A DNA stretch of 64,000 nucleotides from Candidatus Limnocylindria bacterium (GTDB lineage: Bacteria; Chloroflexota; Limnocylindria; QHBO01), in assembly GCA_036380455.1 (NCBI GenBank), contig DASVEQ010000072.1:1545-65544 (forward strand), in the 5' to 3' direction. The notes beneath the pieces were generated by a model. That model did no database searches and was not told the origin of the DNA. It saw nothing but the letters and a program-made list of their open reading frames with translations. This document shows, in pieces, positions 60,542-64,000 of this stretch (positions within the stretch are counted from its first letter, which is position 1; each line of letters starts with the position of its first letter). Both the position numbers and the translations under genes were made by a program.

Positions 60542-61525
60542 CTACCGCGCTGCGCCGACGACCATGCGCAGCAGCTCCGGCGCCACATTGCGGCCGGTCG
60601 TGACGATCGCGACGTTGCGACCGGTCACGTCCACGAGGCCGGCCTGGAGTGCGGCAATCCCGAGGACGGCGCTGCCCTCGAGCAGCGTGTGCTGGACCTC
60701 GAGCGCCCACCGCATGGCATCGGCGATCGCGTCCTCCTCGACGACCACGACCTCGTCGACCGTGTCGCGGCAGAGCCTCCAGGTGATGCTGTCGCGCTCG
60801 ATGTTGCCCGCCACGCCGTCGGCCATGGTCGGGGCGATCGGCATCGGATCGGTGGAGCCGGTCTCGAAGTACGCGTAGAGCGGGGGTGACGCGGCCGGCT
60901 GCACGCCGATGAGCCGCAGCGCCGGTTTCACCGCCTTCGTCCACAGGCCGATGCCGCCGATGAGCCCGCCACCGCCGACCGGCACGACGATCGTGTCGAC
61001 CTCCGGCCAGTCGGCGAGGATCTCGAGCCCCACCGTCGCCTGCCCTGCGACAACGTCCGGATCGTTGTACGGCGAGATATAGATCGCGTGGCCGGCGTCG
61101 TCGCGGCGGCGGCCCTCCGCCTCGGCGTCATCGGAGTCGTTGCCGGTCAGCTCGACCGTGATGCGGCGAGTTTCCAGCGCGCGCAGCCGCTCCAGCTTGG
61201 CGGGTGAGACCGAGCGGCCGACCAGCACGGTGAGCCGTATGTCGTGCCGCGCCGCCGCCGAGGCCACCGCGATCCCGTGGTTGCCGCTCGACGCGGTGAC
61301 CAGCGCCGCCTCCGGGCGGCCCTCGGCGATGAGCGCGACCCTGTTGCTGGCGCCGCGCAGCTTGAAGGCGCCGGTCGGCTGGACCTCCTCCCGCTTCAGC
61401 CTGACCTGGGTGGCACCGGTCTCTTCGGCCAGCGTGGCGCTCGGCTCGAGCGGGGTGTGGACGGCGACACCCCGCAGGCGTCGCCGCGCGGCGTTGACAT
61501 CGGCCAGGGTCGGCATGCGTGGCAT
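60542..61525 (-). CDS. threonine ammonia-lyase / serine-threonine dehydratase (PLP, no ACT domain)
   Basis: The PLP-lysine motif TGAFKLRGASN and the Gly loop GGGGLIGG are present. The product is 327 aa. The start was trimmed from a 543-aa ORF. Confidence 0.8.
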   Translation of the reverse strand: MPRMPTLADVNAARRRLRGVAVHTPLEPSATLAEETGATQVRLKREEVQPTGAFKLRGASNRVALIAEGRPEAALVTASSGNHGIAVASAAARHDIRLTVLVGRSVSPAKLERLRALETRRITVELTGNDSDDAEAEGRRRDDAGHAIYISPYNDPDVVAGQATVGLEILADWPEVDTIVVPVGGGGLIGGIGLWTKAVKPALRLIGVQPAASPPLYAYFETGSTDPMPIAPTMADGVAGNIERDSITWRLCRDTVDEVVVVEEDAIADAMRWALEVQHTLLEGSAVLGIAALQAGLVDVTGRNVAIVTTGRNVAPELLRMVVGAAR

Positions 61526-61594
61526 GCCGGAAGTGTACGGGCGCTCGGTCGTGGAGCGGCCCGCCTGGCGCTGTCCGGGATGCGCACGAGCGTG

Positions 61595-61808
61595 GGCGGC
61601 CGTTCGCCGACCGCTCGACTTGGATAACTGCACGCCAGGCGCATGTTCCATGGCCGATCGGGGCGCCGGGAAGAGCCGCCACGCTCGGAATTGCCTCGAT
61701 CCACGGCAACCTCGCGGGTAATGCGCGCGAAAGTGCGCGTTATCCGAGTGCAGCGCTCCGGACTCGGATTCGCGCCCGGGGAGTGGCCAATATCCGAGTC
61801 GTCGAGGC
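61595..61808. repeat. MITE-like dispersed element copy B (inverted relative to copy A), containing the perfect inverted repeat TATCCGAGT-N12-ACTCGGAT
   Basis: Its reverse complement aligns with 24160..24376. It lies 70-280 bp upstream of the threonine dehydratase start. Confidence 0.5.
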
Positions 61809-61821
61809 AGGTGTGAGAGGG

Positions 61822-62196
61822 TCAGGCTGCCGGCAGTGGATCCGGCGCGTGGCTGCCGGGCGTGGGAGCGTCGCGCAGCTCGCGCAGCCGCATGCCGATC
61901 CGCATCAGCGACCCGAGCCGATCCTCGACGCGCGCGCGCTCGACCGGGGTCGCCCAGTGGCGCAACGTGTAGTCGATCTCGTGCTTGTGACGCGTCGCCG
62001 TCGCCATCAGGTCCTCGACCCGGCCGCGCACGGCGTCGTCGGGCCGCTGCCCGAGGATGGCCCGCTGCGACTCCAGGATGTCGACGTAGTAGGAGGTCGC
62101 CAGGCGATCGAGATCCCGCTGGGCGCCGTGCTCCCACGGCTCCGGCGGTCCGCCGAACCCGTATCGTCGCCACTCGTGCGGCTGCGGCTGCTGCAT
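61822..62196 (-). CDS. hypothetical protein
   Basis: The product is 124 aa from the internal Met. Codon usage is gene-like and no family was recognised. Confidence 0.3.
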   Translation of the reverse strand: MQQPQPHEWRRYGFGGPPEPWEHGAQRDLDRLATSYYVDILESQRAILGQRPDDAVRGRVEDLMATATRHKHEIDYTLRHWATPVERARVEDRLGSLMRIGMRLRELRDAPTPGSHAPDPLPAA

Positions 62197-62403
62197 CGGT
62201 CCCTTTCGTCGCGGCTGTCGATGATGAGTGGACCCCCCTGGACCTCGGACGGTATCGGTTGCTCGCTCGCCCGACGAGTGGCCGGAGGAACTATTCGAGG
62301 CGTTACCAACGGCGGCCGCCATGCCCACCAGACCGATGCGCACCTACGCGCCGCGCACCCCACCGCCACCGTCGCCGGCACGCGTGGTAGGGTCGCCGCC
62401 GCC

Positions 62404-63669
62404 GTGACACGAGCGCTCGAGATCCTCGTCCCCGCACGCCTCGGCACCGGGTTCCGGTGGCTGCTTGCCTCGTCGTGGAGCTCGAACCTCGGCGACGGGA
62501 TCGCCATCGCGGCTGGCCCGCTGCTCGTGGCGTCGCTGACCGACGACCCGCTGCTGGTCGCCTCGGCCGCGCTGGTGCAGTGGGTGCCGCCGCTGCTGTT
62601 CGGCCTCTACGCCGGGGCGCTGGCCGATCGGCTCGACCGCCGGCTGCTGATCGTGACCGTCGACCTGCTGCGGGGGCTCGTGCTGGCCGTCATCGCCGCA
62701 ACGATCCTGACCGGCACGGTCTCGATCGCGATCGTGCTCATCGCGCTCTTCCTGCTCGGGACCGCAGAGGTGTTCGCCGACAACACCTCGCAGACGCTGC
62801 TGCCGATGCTCGTCGCCCGCGACGACCTGGCCATCGCGAACGCGCGGCTGCTGTCCGGATTCGTCACCGTCAACCAGCTGGCCGGGCCGCCGCTCGGCGC
62901 CGCGCTCTTCGCCGCCGGCATGGCCGTGCCGTTCGTCGGCCAGGGCATGCTGGTCGTGGCCGGGGCGCTGCTCGTCAGCCGGATCGTGCTGCCAGCGCAT
63001 GGGCGCGATGCCGTGGAGCGGAGCCACATGCGTCACGAGATCGCGGAGGGCATCCGCTGGGCCAGCCGCCACGCCGCCGTGCGGACGCTGGTGCTCACGA
63101 TCTTCATCTTCAACATCACCTTCGGCGCCGCATGGTCGGTCCTCGTCCTGTACGCGACCCAGCGGCTCGGGCTCGGCGAGATCGGCTTCGGCCTGATCAC
63201 GACGGTGTCGGCGGTGGGCGGCCTGCTCGGCACGGTGTCCTACGGCTGGATCACCCGGCGGGTCAGCCTCGGCAACATCATGCGCATCGGGCTCATCATC
63301 GAGACACTCACGCACCTCGGCCTTGCCCTCACGACGCAGCCGGCGGCAGCGTTTGCGATCTTCTTCGTCTTCGGCGCCCACGCTTTCGTGTGGACCACGA
63401 CGTCGGTCACCATCCGCCAGCGTGCGGTGCCCACCCAGCTCCAGGGCCGGGTCGGCAGCGTCAACATGGTCGGCGTCTACGGCGGCCTCGTCATCGGCTC
63501 CGGGGTGGGTGGCCTGCTGGCCCGCGAGCTCGGCCTGACCGCACCGTTCTGGTTCGGCTTCGCCGGATCGGCCCTGTTCCTCGTCCTCATCTGGCGCGAG
63601 CTCCGGCACATCGCGCATGCGGACGAGGAAGGCGGAAATCTGACGGATGCTGTCGTGAATGCCGGGTAG
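62404..63669 (+). CDS. MFS transporter (EntS/YbdA-like efflux family)
   Basis: It has 12 predicted TM helices and an N-terminal FRWLLASSWSSNLGDGI typical of this MFS subfamily. A GTG start was chosen, and the start is uncertain. Confidence 0.7.
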   Translation: MTRALEILVPARLGTGFRWLLASSWSSNLGDGIAIAAGPLLVASLTDDPLLVASAALVQWVPPLLFGLYAGALADRLDRRLLIVTVDLLRGLVLAVIAATILTGTVSIAIVLIALFLLGTAEVFADNTSQTLLPMLVARDDLAIANARLLSGFVTVNQLAGPPLGAALFAAGMAVPFVGQGMLVVAGALLVSRIVLPAHGRDAVERSHMRHEIAEGIRWASRHAAVRTLVLTIFIFNITFGAAWSVLVLYATQRLGLGEIGFGLITTVSAVGGLLGTVSYGWITRRVSLGNIMRIGLIIETLTHLGLALTTQPAAAFAIFFVFGAHAFVWTTTSVTIRQRAVPTQLQGRVGSVNMVGVYGGLVIGSGVGGLLARELGLTAPFWFGFAGSALFLVLIWRELRHIAHADEEGGNLTDAVVNAG

Positions 63670-63678
63670 CGTGTCGGC

Positions 63679-64000
63679 ATGACCGCGCCTCATCTCGAAG
63701 GCATCACCACCGAGCCAGATGGCGTCGCCCGCTGCTGGTGGGGCGCATCGGATGACCTGTACCGCACCTACCACGACACCGAGTGGGGCCGGCCGGTCGC
63801 CGCCGACCGGACCCTGTTCGAGAAGCTGAGCCTCGAGGGCTTCATGGCCGGCCTCTCCTGGCTGACCATCCTGCGCAAGCGCGAGAACTTCCGCCGCGCC
63901 TTCGCCAACTTCGAGGCCGATGCGATCGCCTCCTTCGGCCCCGATGACGTGGAGCGCCTCCTGGCCGATGCCGGCATCGTCCGCCACCGCGGCAAGATCG
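63679..64000 (+). CDS. tag: DNA-3-methyladenine glycosylase I. 3' end is truncated by the window edge.
   Basis: The signature YHDTEWGRP...LFEKLSLEGFMAGLSWLTILRKRENFRRAF is typical of Tag. The ORF runs off the window. Confidence 0.8.
   Translation, partial: MTAPHLEGITTEPDGVARCWWGASDDLYRTYHDTEWGRPVAADRTLFEKLSLEGFMAGLSWLTILRKRENFRRAFANFEADAIASFGPDDVERLLADAGIVRHRGKI

Overview
This is a high-GC (about 70%) chromosomal segment, apparently from an Actinobacteria-like organism. The clues are a mycobacterial-type fused E2-E1 2-oxoglutarate dehydrogenase, an F420-type PPOX protein and cyclase-LuxR-type regulators. It is densely coding and mostly core metabolism. It carries CBS/MetB transsulfuration genes, mmsA, an mdh-gltA-MBL operon, upp, gltX-sseB, thrB, kgd-thrC, pxpABC, a threonine dehydratase and tag. 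Several transporters are present (ABC, MFS, EamA, MgtE, ABC-F, an ion channel). Signalling proteins are unusually many. There is a 1203-aa Zn-ribbon/cyclase/STAND-ATPase/TPR protein, a cyclase-REC-LuxR fusion, a GAF histidine kinase with a single-domain REC partner, and a 1919-aa kinase with about eight tandem GAF domains plus PAS and HisKA_3. I saw no rRNA, tRNA, CRISPR array or transposase. Five non-genic signals stand out. (1) A roughly 215-bp MITE-like element with repeated GAGTCGGAT / GTTATCCGAGTGCAG motifs occurs twice, in opposite orientation, at about 24.2 kb and 61.7 kb. (2) A 51-bp tandem-repeat family occurs at three loci, and two opposing arrays bracket an XRE-family regulator gene. 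(3) A strong intrinsic terminator sits inside the mgtE 5' leader, which looks like a riboswitch or attenuator. (4) A structured leader lies upstream of metB. (5) A putative metal (possibly copper) module has a Cys-rich HTH regulator whose promoter overlaps a perfect inverted-repeat operator. It is divergent from two small His-rich membrane proteins, a cupredoxin lipoprotein, a secreted helical protein and an FAD reductase. All calls come from reading the translated ORFs and the DNA by eye. No database search was run.
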